From assembly GCA_964016885.1 (NCBI GenBank), contig OZ024742.1, positions 122,884,001 through 122,948,000 of the forward strand: 64,000 bases of DNA, given 5' to 3'. The translations under genes and the position numbers were made by a program. Source of the DNA: Eledone cirrhosa (lineage: Eukaryota). The notes under the pieces were generated by a model that was not told where the DNA came from, ran no database searches, and saw only the letters and a program-made list of their open reading frames with translations. Below are positions 1 to 14,523 of the stretch, piece by piece (within the stretch, counting starts at the first letter, position 1; each line of letters starts with the position of its first letter).

Positions 1-182
1 TGTGTGGAAAGAATCAATCTTATAACAACTCTCATATCTTCTCATCAAATTGCGCATATACCATTTTTGTAAAAACACTCAAAATAGGGATACATTTGTT
101 CAGACAATTTCTTACCCTTCAATCATTGTGCGCGCGCGCAGACTCACATACACACACACATGAAAACATGCACACACACACA

Positions 183-251
<69 letters not shown>

Positions 252-254
<3 letters not shown>

Positions 255-496
255 AATGGATTATAACCTTACGTCACTGTTGGTTCACCAACTTGAGCAC
301 TGAATGTTCATGTATAGTGCGTGGTTTTATACGTTTGGTATTATAAGCAGAATGTAATGTTAATAATATGTAGGTACAAGTCTATTGATTCAAGAATTGA
401 GCCCCATCGATACAGAGCGAAATTTGAGCTGATCAATCGTGAAACGCGTGCCATGCCTGAATAAATCTAATGATGATAATCTGACACCTCGTTCCA
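252..496. mobile_element. candidate solo LTR
   Basis: Starts TGTAAT, ends CGTTCCA (same termini style as the 30206-30437 LTR), AATAAA near 460; no clean TSD. Confidence 0.35.
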
Positions 497-1902
497 ACTT
501 ATTATATAAATGTACATATAGACACAGAGAATGCGAGTCGTTCTATGTCTAGCTTAGTCAGAAATAGAAAAACGTCTATCACATTTTTCCTGGACGTCTC
601 AGAGTTAATGTTCTATTTTTGAAGTAATAAGAAAAAGCACATCACACTATATCGATTTCTCCGTGGAGAAGAGATCATATCCAAACGTTTATAAATTAGT
701 GAACTATACTAAACGTACTGAACGTCTAGCTGACATTGTTAAGCATAGCGACAAATTAAGACTACCGAAGAATATACTTGTTTAAATCGCCAACGATAAG
801 CCATATTTTAAAATATAGTAAACATGCAAAAATAATGTAATAGTTTATATAATAAATGATGAGCTCATGCGTGGAGTAAAGACCATTGGAATCAAAGACC
901 TTACCGTTCAGGTAGCGGCTAGATGCTTTAGAACATTCCGACAAGGAATCGTGGGAACTGTTATCGTCCTAAATTAGCTAGATGAATCAGATTTCAGGTT
1001 ACAACAAATATCGTAGTTATAAGCATAGTTATATAGGGTACAGATAAGTGTGATTAATGAATTTCGATATTTCATATGCATGGTAGATAAAAAAAAAGAA
1101 TTAATACACAATTAAGCATGGTGCAATATCGCAGTAATTTGTAGGTACTTGGGAAGAAGACAGATCTGCTATATAATTGCATACTTAATTGAATGCATAA
1201 CAAAGGCATAATATTATATTGCATCCTCATACATATCCAAATATATATCATTGAGCCACACTGTGAATGGTTGCCAAAATCATATATATATATTTCTATG
1301 GCCTTGTCTATTTTATACGTATTTACCCTTTAAATTTTATATACTCCCGTAACGTTGAGTAAAACTTTAGGCAGTATTCGGCTGCGCCTTCTAGCAACCA
1401 GCCTACTCGCCGACAAGCACCAATCATAACCTTTCTGCCTTGACCATTAGACACATGACGAATCTTAGCCATTTTCAATTCATTTCTAGCGGGGATCATG
1501 TAAGAAAAATCTTTGTCCAATTGAGTTTATCTCCTGATGATTTCCAACCTCGTTGATTTGTCCAAGATCGGATATATCCATAAACGGAATGAAACTGCCG
1601 GTAGTAGAGATGTATTGATGAGTTTCGTATGTTTATGTGCATTTTTTCTTCTAACTTTGATTTTACAACTAATTATGTATGGTTAACTATATGTCTAGTC
1701 AATTTCTACAGGCTATCAGAAATAATGGGTAAATTTTCTATAGCTGTGAATCGCGGATAAAGAGCTATATCATTTATCTACTATTACTTCATGGGTATAT
1801 TTTAAACCTATAGCCGCGTTTAAATGATTTTTTGTGTGGTTAATTTATGCTGATTGGGAGAAGAAATAATGTATATATTTTATCTAATGATTCTATGGAC
1901 TT

Positions 1903-1906
<4 letters not shown>

Positions 1907-1954
<48 letters not shown>

Positions 1955-1957
1955 TAT

Positions 1958-1991
<34 letters not shown>

Positions 1992-1993
1992 GG

Positions 1994-2033
<40 letters not shown>
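1907..2033. repeat. compound (TA)n/(CA)n microsatellite
   Basis: Directly visible; source of the YIYI/THTH pseudo-ORFs. Confidence 0.95.
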
Positions 2034-2036
<3 letters not shown>

Positions 2037-2047
2037 CATATATAAAC

Positions 2048-2398
2048 AAAGAGGGTGTGGTAAGATACCAGGTGGACCATAGCAAAACAGGGTACTCAAT
2101 ACTTAGTGCAGTAGAGCGGGTAATATGGAAATAATCAAGACCCCGACGGCTGAGCTCCGGCCATTTCGACATCTAGCTCTATTAATGCCGTGCGTGCATA
2201 CCTTACTAGCTTGGCATCCTCAGGTCACTTTCCATCTTACCCCTTCCCCTTTTTTTCAGGCATGTTTAGCCCCCCGCCGCTATGAAGTAATTTAACTATG
2301 TACACGACATCCCAGATCATTTACCACTCTCCGAAAAGAGTTCGCATATAGCTGTCGAAACGACCGGAGCTCAGCTGTCGGGGTTCTGACTCGTTTCC
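2048..2398 (+). mobile_element. non-autonomous repeat with internal inverted repeat, probably Penelope-like derived
   Basis: GACCCCGACGGCTGAGCTCCGG..TTTCGACA (~2139-2171) is inverted at ~2354-2390; a second, internally deleted copy is at 41981-42146 and a fragment near 3331-3365. Confidence 0.55.
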
Positions 2399-2759
2399 TA
2401 TAAATATATATCAGTATATATATAAAATGAAGTATGTGTGTGTGCGTGTGTATGTCTGTGTGTCTGTGTATTACCTATAGGGGTCTACATCTTACGACCG
2501 ACTTTCATGAAACTTGACAGGCTGATAGATTAGTCATCGGGGAGTGTTTTCCATAGATCAGCGTATCGCTTTTTTTTTATTCCGGGAATATTCTGCAGAT
2601 AAAAATTGATGAGGGGATCACCTTTTAGGTATCGAAAATTAAGATTGTTGGCTCTAACTCCCACATTTTGCCACCGATTTCGTTCAAATTTTAAAGCTAA
2701 TAGAATTTATCATTGTACATCATGTAATGGCTTTATATTTTGCATTTGTTGTTCTGGGA

Positions 2760-3050
2760 CGTGTAGAAATGTAATGTACTTATTCACGTGACAGTCATAA
2801 CAAATCAAGTTACATTTATAAAAAAAAATGTTTGAGCCACTTTTTAAAGTGAAAATTACAATAAAGAATCCTGAAACGCGAACTGGCGCGAAGTTGAAGT
2901 GCTTATTCACGTGATGCATCAAACAATCAAATTTCACTCACATATGAAAAAACAATTTGACTCTCCTTTTTTTAAAGGCAAATACAATAACAACTTTGTA
3001 ACGCGAACTGGGGCGAAATTTATTATAGTTATTCACGTGGCTATCATCAA
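2760..3050. repeat. degenerate ~125-bp tandem repeat, 2-3 units
   Basis: TTATTCACGTG recurs at ~2780, ~2903, ~3029; AACGCGAACTGG at ~2875 and ~3000. Confidence 0.6.
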
Positions 3051-5751
3051 CCCACCAACTTTTCTAAAAATCCTAGCATTTCGAGCCCCTTTTTTCCACA
3101 TAAAACAGAAGTAACATTCTAACACCAACTAGATTCGAGAAAAACCACAAACATTCCATCTCAATTCTACTTTTGAAAAGCATAAGAACTGTGAAACCAG
3201 TAAAAGAAACAAATAAATATTCTTAAAAAGACTCGTGGCATTTTCGATTTCATCTTTTTTCCTTATACTTTCACTCATGTAGGACATCTCGTTTTTTTTT
3301 TCAATTAAATAAAAGAAAACAGTTTCTTTAACCCCGACGGCAGAGTTCAAGCCGTTTCGACGGCTATTTCTGGACTAAATTAATTTTTTAGCGTGGTGTT
3401 GATATAGCAGAACTCTTCAACGGGTAATTCCGTATATGGGCATGCGATAATCATGAATTTCTGATGGTTGTAGTAATCAAAAGGAGTGGTCAAAGTTCCT
3501 GTAAACACAGTTAAATCTTTCATGGCGGTGAGCAAGGGGTGGGGGTGTTGGGCTGAACTTGCCTGTAGAACAAATAGGGAGTGGGTGAAGCCGGTCAAGC
3601 GTTAAAAGTAAATTCTATACAGCAAATTCTAAGGAGTGTGGATAAAATAGACTGGCTAAAATGCAAGCGAAAATAGAATTATACAGGAATCTGAAAATGG
3701 GAAATTATAAAATTAAAAAAACTAGAGTCTAAAACAAGAAAACCGGGATTAATAAAATACATCTAATACCCCGGTGCTCCATCTCATAACGGTAAAATAT
3801 CAATAACGATGCACCCGCTAAAAAAAGAAAACTATATTTTTAGCTGGTGTTGTGTTTTCTGCCAATGCTATATAGATTTCACGGGGGGACTGTACTGAGG
3901 CTACAAAAACCTCAGAGTAAGCGAAAGAGGAAAAAAGGAAAAGGAAGAGGAGAGAGGGTGGAAGGAAGTGAGAAGAAGAGATAAAATAAAAAAGTAAAGT
4001 ATTATATCTACCTATGGATGCTGGGGTTTCCCCTATCTAGTTCGCCAAGTGGGGAAAAAAAAGGATGTTACAGACATTGTCTACCCACCCGGGTCGTGAG
4101 GGGGTTTGAAGGCAAGGTAAGTCCCACTCAATCGGTGTTTACATGCGGTTACAAGTTCGTCTTTTTTGTTTAGGAGTTGGTCCTTCGTAAACAGCATGCC
4201 CATATATATATATATAATGTTAATTATTCATGTTTTACAACAAAGCCAGGTTGCTTCAGCAAGGGAAGGTGTTTCTTAGTCAAGTTAATCCCTAAACTTC
4301 TTCGAAGAAATGCCGTCTGTTAACCACGCCAATCACATATATATTGTTGGGTTGGGTGCATTTGTACAAAATTCTAGGGAGTAGTGTGCATGAGGGGGAA
4401 CACTAGTCACTGATAGTCGGATTACTGTTGAAAGTCTCATAGCATTAAACGTTAATTTGATTTACTAACGGTCGGTTAATACATTTTAAAATTGTGTTTC
4501 TTAATTTTAATTGTGTGTATTTATGTGTGTAATGCGTAGACCAAAGAAAGTTTCACTTGTTCTATTAAGTTTATTTGTATAGTACTCGTGCTATGAGCGT
4601 TGGATTGTAATAATAGTAGGAATGCTGAGTTGATGCAGGATATGGAAACACTTTTGGGGGTTTGTAGTACAATTATTGTGTTGTAACTTTTATACGACAC
4701 CTATTATTGACAAAGATCTATGTAATTTCGACTATGTAATGAGTAAAATTAATTAAACTGTACATAATACTCTGGATACAAAGAGCTATAATATTAAACA
4801 TATGCATTAGATTACCATAAACGTAGATTTAGAGAAGGTTTATTCCAAGGAGTTCTGGAAAGTAATTTCAGTTAATTGATGTGCCTCAAAAAGTATCGTT
4901 ATATTCGTAGAAGACGGAACACTAAGTAATTCCTCATTGATTTTCTAAGCCATAAAATATTTTGAATAAAATACTCGATAAAATCGATTCCATCTTTATT
5001 ACCAACGGGGCGAATAGCAGTAAAGTTTGATTATTTATTTCGCTAGGTTATATGTATCACACTAAAACGCTGCCAATATAACTTTGATAGTAACAGTCAT
5101 GACTGAAGGGTGACTAGTTAATTAGGGAAGGCGATGTACGGCAAATATTGAATAGAAGAATCAACACGTGTATACCTCTGTTAGAGCGTATATCCTTTGC
5201 TTCAATCTAATTCTATTTAACTTATACAATGAATTAAGCCAATAAATCATATGTATAAACTATTGGAAATCGTTAACTATTTGTATCTACTTGTGTTTAT
5301 TCTATAAAACAACGTATATCTATATCCGAGTTACTTTGTGTCACCTTTATGTTGATTCAACGGATTACTATTCAATAATTTTGTCCGATAGAATTTTGCA
5401 CAGAATTTAGATAAATAACAACTCTGGCTACAAATGTTGAAGTATAGTATACATTTACAATTTCCTTTTAAAATCAGTTTTCATGGGTTTTAAGTCATGA
5501 AAATTGACTAATAATTTGAAATATCACCCTCAATGAAACCTACAAAAATGTATTAAAAGAAGCGTGTTATATATCTCTCGATCCTTCTCACTCTCACCCC
5601 CCTCCATTCTCTCTCTGATTATATATATAAATATATATATAGTATGTTTGCACAAGTATGTGTTTGTGTAAATATGTATATATGTGTATATGTGCATGTC
5701 ATGTAGCTTTCGCGTGCTACTGCTAACATGTAACACACATCCTGATAAATG

Positions 5752-6965
5752 ATCGTGTTGTTGGCGACTAAACAGGCAACTGCACAGAGCTAGTTTCGTG
5801 AGGAGGGTGATTTTGGGGATATCCTGTAATCTTTGTAGTCACACGGAAAAAGACCATGAACTTCTGATGGAATGCTTCTCGGCAGCTTGTGATGAATTGG
5901 GGTTGAAAATCACCCTGAAAAAGACAAAATTGATGTACCAGCATGCAACCGGAAAGCCACGTATCCCACCATCCATAAATTTGAAAGGGAATATATTGAA
6001 AGTTTTAGATTTGTGTAGCTAGGTGGTACTCTCTCCAGAACCAACGATGGTAAAATTGTAAGCTACCGATGGTTTTAAGCTGAAGATAATCTTGTGGACA
6101 CAGTCAGGTATCGGTATGTGCACGAAAGCTGGTGTATCAAGCATGTGTTCTTACAGTCTTGCTTTACGAATGTGAGACGTAGACAATATACTGTTGACAT
6201 ACCCAGAGGCTTGGACGCTTCGTCCAGCAATGCTTTCTCTCCATCCTCAAGATTTCAGGGTGATCTCGTACACCAGACACCGATGTGCTGCAGCGAGCCT
6301 GTCCACAATGGTCCTTAAAGAGTGTCTCCGGTTGTCACGTTACACATTACACTTAGAGGAAAACAGACTCCCAAAACATGTATTGTATGGGGAACTGCAA
6401 GAAAACAAGTACTTTAAAGACTGCTTGAAAGATACACTTAAGAAGGTTAACATCAACATCAAAACATGTGAAAATATTTAAAGAGAGAACCCAATAGTGA
6501 TATTTGATTGTTAGTGGTATTAAGAAATGTGAAAAGAAGCGGAGGGGCTACACTGAAGTGAAGCGAGCAACTAATTATATAGGGAATATTAGTCCTCGCC
6601 TAGAACAGGGTTCGAAAGTAACTCTTAGCTGTGAAGTATGCAAATAAGTATGGATGTCAAAAGCTGAGCTACGAAGGCGTGGCAGATGTCCTCCTCATGA
6701 AAATAACACCTTTGAGTCCCTCTTATACCCTGATTCAGCTACTGTGCCAATATGCGTCATTTTGCTTGTAGGCTATCACTGAACCACAAAGCATTTCACG
6801 CCAATCAAAGTCAAGCAGTCAGGAAACTTATCTGCACACTGTATGATATGACACTTCTTGGTTTACTGAACCATCTATGATGTCATCAACAGCAATAACC
6901 TCAATAAAACGTTTTTTCAATGTCTGTTTTTTTCTTCTTCGAAGAAATGACCATACTCGGACACA
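5752..6965 (+). mobile_element. RTE-clade LINE relic (RT C-terminal part)
   Basis: MECFSAACDELGLKITLKKTKLMYQ and ENRLPKHVLYGELQ..YFKDCLKDTLK are typical RTE/BovB-like motifs; stops and frameshifts present. Confidence 0.8.
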
Positions 6966-7004
6966 GATTGGCTTGCACTATATATGTATGTATTTCTCTA
7001 TTGA

Positions 7005-7292
7005 ATTGAAGTGATCTGAGTGTGGAAAACATTTGCTTGAGCAAATCTGGTCTCAGGAACCACAGTCGCAGCTATGTTAAAAGAGAACCAGTCAACTATG
7101 ATCTCCGCGGTATTGTGAGGGTTCACAGGCAACCTGATGCAAGATATGGCGCCAGGCCAGGGAGATCCATCGTTGTCGTCAGTGTGCGAAGGAGTCCAAG
7201 CTTCTAGCAGGCTTAGTAAGCCAATCCGAGCGTCACACATCTGATTCTAACAAGCGGTTGCAATACTCTTAGAAGAGTTTGCAGCCATCATG
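7005..7292 (+). mobile_element. RTE-like LINE 3' fragment with C2H2 zinc-finger remnant
   Basis: ICLSKSGLRNHSRS resembles the terminal zinc finger of RTE-type ORFs; adjacent to the RTE relic. Confidence 0.4.
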
Positions 7293-7555
7293 TATATATG
7301 TATTTTGTGTGTATGTGTGAGTGTGTGTGTGTGTTTGTGTTGAAAGCAGGACAGTACACAAATAGAAACATGTGACAAAACACAAACATAAATAATCCAC
7401 GTGGAAAACGACACAGGACACAACTTGGCGAAAGAAAAATCAATTTTGCCTATATCCAATCCGATTAAGACCCTTCTCAATGCTTCGCTTTATAGTCTAG
7501 GAGATTCTGCATTAATATAATATTGAATCTTGAATAGATGCAATTGCTAACGAAT

Positions 7556-7885
7556 TCCAATCCAATCCAATCATCTTCCGTCTGTTGGAGTAACTCCTCC
7601 CTGGTTGATTGGCATCAATTTCAGTTTAGTTTTGGGTATGTCAGGGGATGAAATGAAATAACCAATTGACCAATTAGAGGTTGTTGAAACCTTCTAAACA
7701 ATTGTTCGGGTGGAATATCGCCTCTCCTTTAAGATCTCTTGCTTTTAGTACTGCTGGGATCCTGCTTACGTTCCTTCATTGATCAGTTTCTGGTGGCGGA
7801 GCCGGTTTAGTCGCCGACGATTTCAAAGTTGAAGAAGGTTGTAACGGATTACATAGTACCAGTAGCTGGCAATTGGGACCTAGCA
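7556..7885 (-). mobile_element. short retroposon with (ATTGG)n tail, copy 1
   Basis: Plus strand starts (TCCAA)n and shares CTGTTGGAG and CTGGTGG..GGTTTAGTCGCCGAC..TAGTACC blocks with copies at 12172, 14524 and 40422. Confidence 0.7.
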
Positions 7886-8877
7886 TAAACTTTGCCTATA
7901 TAATATTAATCAAATTAAGAACTTATGGGCTCGATTGTTTGATGTAAGAGCTAAAAGTGAAAACGTGGTAATTAATACAAATATATGCATGAAATGTATC
8001 TAATACGCCCTAATATAAACCAAAGTAACCGCCAGATAATTTCTATTTCTATCGATCTAACTTAGCTCATGTCTGGTTGCTACGCAAGGGTATAAGAAAT
8101 TTTACTTCCATGAATCTTCTAGAAAAAAAAAAATTATATGATTGAAATGCCCTTTCTTAGAAATATACGCAAACCTCTAAAAGGTCACTAGTTTAAGGCA
8201 ATATTATTTATCACAAGTATATGAAAAGTATAATTGTAAGTCAAAAGTGTAATCTTTCAAAGTATAACAAATAAACAAGATAAATTATGTTATCTGAATG
8301 AGTATATAAATTAGTCGTACACTTTTTAAAGAACGTTTAGCAGCATCTCTAGCATAAAAACAATTCACCAATATAAATCGGTTATAATGGAAATATTAGC
8401 AATGCCAAAAAGCACACCAGGAGAATTATATCTGAAGAAAAAAATGATATAATCTAATCAATGTGACGGCAGGATGTGGAGAGATTTCCTGGGAGAAATA
8501 TTCAATCTATTACTAACACATAGAGAGTTTCCGTTAATATTCCGAGCTCATATATTTTGTTTCCAAAGTGATATCATCTCTAGCGAGTAAACAGCATAAG
8601 CCTTGTCTGTTTTCCTATCAATTATTATCTTCAATGAGAAATATTCACTTCACGAATTTCTGCATGTTACAATACCTTATCATATGTGGTATCCTATAAA
8701 CATTTGATAAAGAATAATTTCAAATAAGATATTGTAATACATGTTACAAGTTTAGCCATCTTAGTAAATCAATATCAAAATGCCGTGAGAAATCATCATT
8801 GTAATTAAATGATACAAAAATTGCCTTCTTCTTAGGAATAACTCAAAAATTAATATATACACAGAGACAAACACACG

Positions 8878-8878
<1 letters not shown>

Positions 8879-8950
<72 letters not shown>

Positions 8951-8965
8951 CATATACATATGTAT

Positions 8966-9046
<81 letters not shown>

Positions 9047-9110
9047 CATATATATGTGTGTGTGTGTATTTGTGTGTGTTTGTGTGTGTGTGTGTGTGTA
9101 TGTATGTGAA
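8879..9110. repeat. (TA)n/(TG)n microsatellite
   Basis: Directly visible. Confidence 0.95.
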
Positions 9111-9277
9111 AGAGACAGTGTGTGTGGCAATCTGCCTGTCTGTGTGGGAGAAAAAGTTATGCAGCAACTGCAGGATATATGTTATCAGACATGTTAACAA
9201 TAATCTGTATTACCTGCAGTCATAGTTGTACCAGTGCTAGTTGCAGACACGTCACACTTGATTACCAATGACTGTGG

Positions 9278-9719
<442 letters not shown>

Positions 9720-10479
9720 TAAAATTAAATTATTAAAAACTCTGACTGGATGAATAAACATGATAGACAAAGACAATATTCTATCTAATTTCACTTATAT
9801 ATAGATATCCCTGCCATGGTTTCGTATAGGGAAGAATTATAATAGGAACCACCAATAATTGAAGAATCCGCTACACTATTCAGGGGAGTTTAATTCTTCA
9901 TGTGTAAGAGAAATGGAATAAAATATAATATATACTGTTTCCATATCCGAGGCAGCTTGGGGAATTAAAAATAAAACGCGTAGTGTTAAGTTCTCAAATC
10001 TCCTAGTGTATTGAGATTACTTGACAGTTTTATAATGTCGCTAGAAATAGCAGCCTGAAGACCATCTGGTACAGCTCAGCAAATTAAGGAAGTTTAATAT
10101 TAATTAAACGTTAATTTCGTCACTAATACTTAAACATCTGAATGAAAGAAATCTCTCAGAGAAGCAATATTATATGGTAAAATGAAATGAGAAAAAAGTC
10201 TGAGAGTTTCCAATATAGCTAGACAAATATTCAAACGACTTACATATAGATCTCCCTACCATAATTGAATATGTTGCCACACTCTTCAGGGAAATCTAAT
10301 TATTCAAGTCTAAGAGAAATGGAACAATATATAATGCATACTGATATAATACATGTTATTTCTAGCGACACTATAAGCCTGTCAAATAGTCTTAATGCCC
10401 TAGGAGATTTGAGAAAGAAACACTGCGCGTGTTTTCTTATTTATTTTACCAAGCTGTCTCGGGTAAGGAAACAATATGT

Positions 10480-11790
10480 CTCAGTTTCTTCTTGACACGA
10501 TTCTGCAGCTCGTTCATAGCGACGAGCTGCGAAAAGGCTTGTCTTCCAAACGGCGACTACAACTGTTCAACGTTTAAGCTGAATATCTGGAGATGCTGTA
10601 GCTGCAGCATATAATCGGGATACAATTAGCCACAGCATACTCATCCATCCACGTAGAGGGTGCTGGTAGCAGATGGACCGCCTCACAAACGAGACCCGTC
10701 CCCGCCACAAGAAGATGAAGCGGAGTCGTTCCAATTTGGCGTGGCGTTAACGGTAGTAATGCATGACGGACGCGATGTGTGCGTTCGCCATCTCCGCCCA
10801 CTCTTTCAGGGACAGCTTCCTCTCGGCCCATTTCTGGGTGAAAGTGGCTAGTTTGTTCATAGTCTCGTTTCACTTCTTATCCAAATTGAGGTCTGGTCCG
10901 AACTTTACCGGCCCGTCGAACTTCCGGCGATGCTTTTGAAAGACATGGAGTTGCCTCTCCAGGTGTCGAGCTGCAAACCCACTGAGAATGTCAGGTTTAG
11001 CTTTAACCCCGTCAACTTTTCATATTCATCCAAGAAGGCGCCCACCACCTCCATTTCCTAGGGCTTGGAGATCATCACGGTGATGTCATCCGTATATGCC
11101 GACACTGCCTTTCCACATCCCGGTTCGATCGTGATGCCCTGGAACAACTCCATCTTCCACAGTAAAGGTTCGAGAGCGAATACGTACAAAACGGAGAAGA
11201 GAGGGCATCGATGACGGACCTATCGGGATATTTGAAACGTTTCCGAATGATGACCATTTACTTTGACCACCGAGCCGATGCCGCTGTGCATTGCAGCGAT
11301 CCGACTTCTGAAGAAGAGATTGAAGCCAGCTGCCTTGAAGACAGCTTCCATGTATCTATCGCCGACCCTTTCGATGCATCTAAATTCATCAGAACCCTTA
11401 CAGAAGGCAGTTTTCCACCCTACTCTATCTTTGATGTAACGCATGAGATGGAGGTTATTGTGTAGGAACTTGGTCGGGAGTGCACGAGTCTGCGTCTCCC
11501 CTACCAAATTCTCGACGACAAGCACCAACCTCTTCTCTAACAACTTGACCGAAATCTTAAGCTCTGTGTTTAGCAGAGTTATTGGCATGAAGTTGTCTAA
11601 TGCATCTCTCTCGTTCTCATTTTTCCTTATCATCGCCTCTACGCTCCATCTCAGAACAAGGAATACTCCCGTTCTGTTTCCAGTTGCATTAGAACCTTTC
11701 GAGGAGATCGGAGAATATGCCTGCCATATCTACGTAAAGCTCTTAGGCCAGACCATCCGACCCGAGCGACTTGCTCCTCGTGCTAATGAA
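10480..11790 (-). mobile_element. Tx1-type LINE ORF2 (RT) relic
   Basis: NFMPITLLNTELKI..LVGETQTRALPTKFLHNNLHLMRYI; GCATATACGGATGAC (YTDD) near 11085-11099; homologous to Tx1 C ORF2. Confidence 0.85.
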
Positions 11791-12171
11791 CAGTGCTTAT
11801 TTATAGATGACAATTAAGGGTTGTGAATAGCTATTTTGAAAAGGATCTCTCTATGTTACAGAGCACCACCCACCACGTTCGTTATATTTAAGTTTTAAAT
11901 TAACTTAATTCCTTTGTATTTCTCTCATATGTTTCTTGACTAGAGTAATTGTTTACCATTTCTTTTCTCTCCTCCATACACGTATAATTAAAATTGCTTG
12001 GCTCACGTTACTGATTAAATATTTAGGGTCGCTATTAATATAATAGGATGTCTAAATTAAATTTCATTCCGAATAATTATCTATCATTGGAGTTTAAGAT
12101 GAGACCAGGAGTGATTTAAATATGTTCCGAGTATCAAATTATACAGGATAATGCCCAATGTTATTTTTTGT

Positions 12172-12582
12172 ATCCAATCCCATCCATTGTCATCTCACTC
12201 CTGTTGGAGGAACCTTTCATTGGGTGACCACAGCTTTCTGTTTGGTTTTGATCCTGTGAAGGATGTAGCTTTACTCACGTTTTGTATTGTTATTTAGTCC
12301 AAGGTCGTGTGGATTGCCTTTGACTGTGGTGTTCATCCGCTCTTTTAACCTCTGCTGAGGTTACTACTTACTCTTCTCCTCAGACCAGCAGTGTCTGGTG
12401 GCAAGGCTGGTTTAGTCAACGACCACTCGAGCAGCAAGTAGTTTGTACTGGGTTACGTAGTACCTGTTGCAAGTTTGACCTGAACTATATCTGGTGGAGA
12501 AGCCGGTTTAGTTACCTACCACTCGACCGTGAAGCAGTTTTACTAGGCTACATGCAGCCAGTAGCAGCCAGAAGCCTGACCT
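12172..12582 (-). mobile_element. short retroposon with (ATTGG)n tail, copy 2, 5' block duplicated
   Basis: Same blocks as copy 1; CTGGTGG..GGTTTAGT..CCACTCGA occurs at ~12395 and ~12492. Confidence 0.7.
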
Positions 12583-14523
12583 GATATTACTTTGTATAGG
12601 GCTTGTTAATTGATGTTGTGGATGTGCTTTGGTCCGGAAAATGACTGGCATTAACCGTTGTTACAGGAAATGATGATCAGAGACTTTATTACAGCGAAAT
12701 TTTCTATATTTTCATAAGTAATACAAATTACAGAAAATATTATAATCACAAATACTCAATGCATTATGTATTGTTACTGAATCATAGCAATACGCAGAAC
12801 ACTGAAAATAATTCAATTTACTATTCTTCGTAACGCGATGAAAGAAAATAAAAAGAAACTGCTTTTTCTAACACATGAACTATAGAAATAAGTGCAAATG
12901 CTAAGGTTATAAATGTAAATTAAATTTGGGGTAAAGTAAATGAGATCAATGGTGTTGTTAAGAATTCCTAGATAAACATATTGCTAGAAGTCTAATTCAA
13001 ATATATTTAGCTATCCATTGTATATTCGGTATTAATATGACCACGAATATGTTAGATGCGTATATTGCATTAAAAGAAACCGTCCATTTATGGTAGTATA
13101 ATCGTGAATGTTTTATTCTAAAAAGACTATCCGAATAGATATTTTATAGTGCTTTGTTGCAACAAAAGGAAATTAAAATTGAATCATGTTGAATATAATG
13201 ACGATAGTACTCTTTAGTACAAACAATTCTCTGCATTTACAAATGTATATCATTAAATGTGACATAACTGTGCATTGGAAATAATTATAATAAATAAACT
13301 CTATAAATAAATAATTGTTTGTATAATTACATTTGGGAATATCGAGACATGTAAGATGAAATATAACGTGATATCCAATTTTGTTTCATTTTGTGACACG
13401 TTATATAATATTTTCCAAGTTACCATTGCATTGACCCCAGTTCGTTAACGGTATTTCTCCATCGGCATTAGAATGACGAAGCCATTCACGACAGCATAGT
13501 AACAAAAGGATATGAGTTTGCTACTTCTTCGATTCTGCCAATGCATCGCTTTCCTCTATTGAAGTGGTAAGATTTTGAAAGACAGATTCACCACACCAAG
13601 ACGAAAAAAAAACTGTGCTGGATTTGAAACATTGGGAACTAAGTGGACACAAACCATGATCTGTTTAGTAACTTCCTTTCAAATTTTATCTTTGAAATAC
13701 CATGTTTGTCTTTGTATTTGTCATTCACAAATCGATAAAATGTATACGTCTCAGAAAATTTAATCTGAACAATTCATTATCTCTCCTCTCAATTTATATA
13801 TACATTTTGTTCTGAGAGTTTCCCATAATCTGAGGAAGGTAATTTTTGTACCGAAATATACGAAATATTATAAGATAATACTAATACATACCAGGTAATA
13901 CAAACTCATTCGTTGTCTTCAGTTAGCGCGCATTTTATGTGTGTGTGTATGTGTGTGTATGTGTGTGTATATACACATAATTATATGTTTAGACACACAT
14001 ACACACACGCACACATATATACGCGCAACATGCGATGAGATGTGATTTCCCGTAATATATGCTTATCAATGTGTTATTTAATACAACAGAAACTCTTGGT
14101 TATCATAAATTACTTCAAATTGCATCAACTCAATTAATTTACTTGCCCAACCAATTAGACATACCGTTGTCTATTCAATTAAGCGAAATATATTCTATTA
14201 ATTAATTCAATCATCGTCCAACAAATTACATTAGTAGGTCACTATTCACTCTTTAATATTCTGAGACTCCATATGTCCGATGATATTCTATGTTGTTGCA
14301 TGACAGCAGGGAAGAAATGAACATATATTTTTTTTAATTGAACATTTCTAAATAAAAATATAACTCATTTTCATTCTTTTTTTTGTGAGATGCAATGATA
14401 TGTGTCTGGTTTTATTTATTGTGTATGGTGGCTGGTTTCATTTATTTCAACTATGTTTTATCAACACTCTCTGTAGGGAAAATTGGTTCAGCGAATGCCA
14501 TAATACTTACTGTTCAGTCCCAT

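Noticed and set aside
762-1520. Short minus-strand ORFs 762-944 and 1323-1520
   Set aside because: No recognisable domain, non-ATG starts, length expected by chance
7022-7207. Host C2H2 zinc-finger exon
   Set aside because: Single degenerate finger next to an RTE relic, no splice context; better explained as a LINE C-terminus
13828-13865. Hammerhead motif CTGAGGA-AGGTA..TACC-GAAA
   Set aside because: Stem II is good, but no convincing cleavage triplet with stem I; at most a decayed PLE terminus
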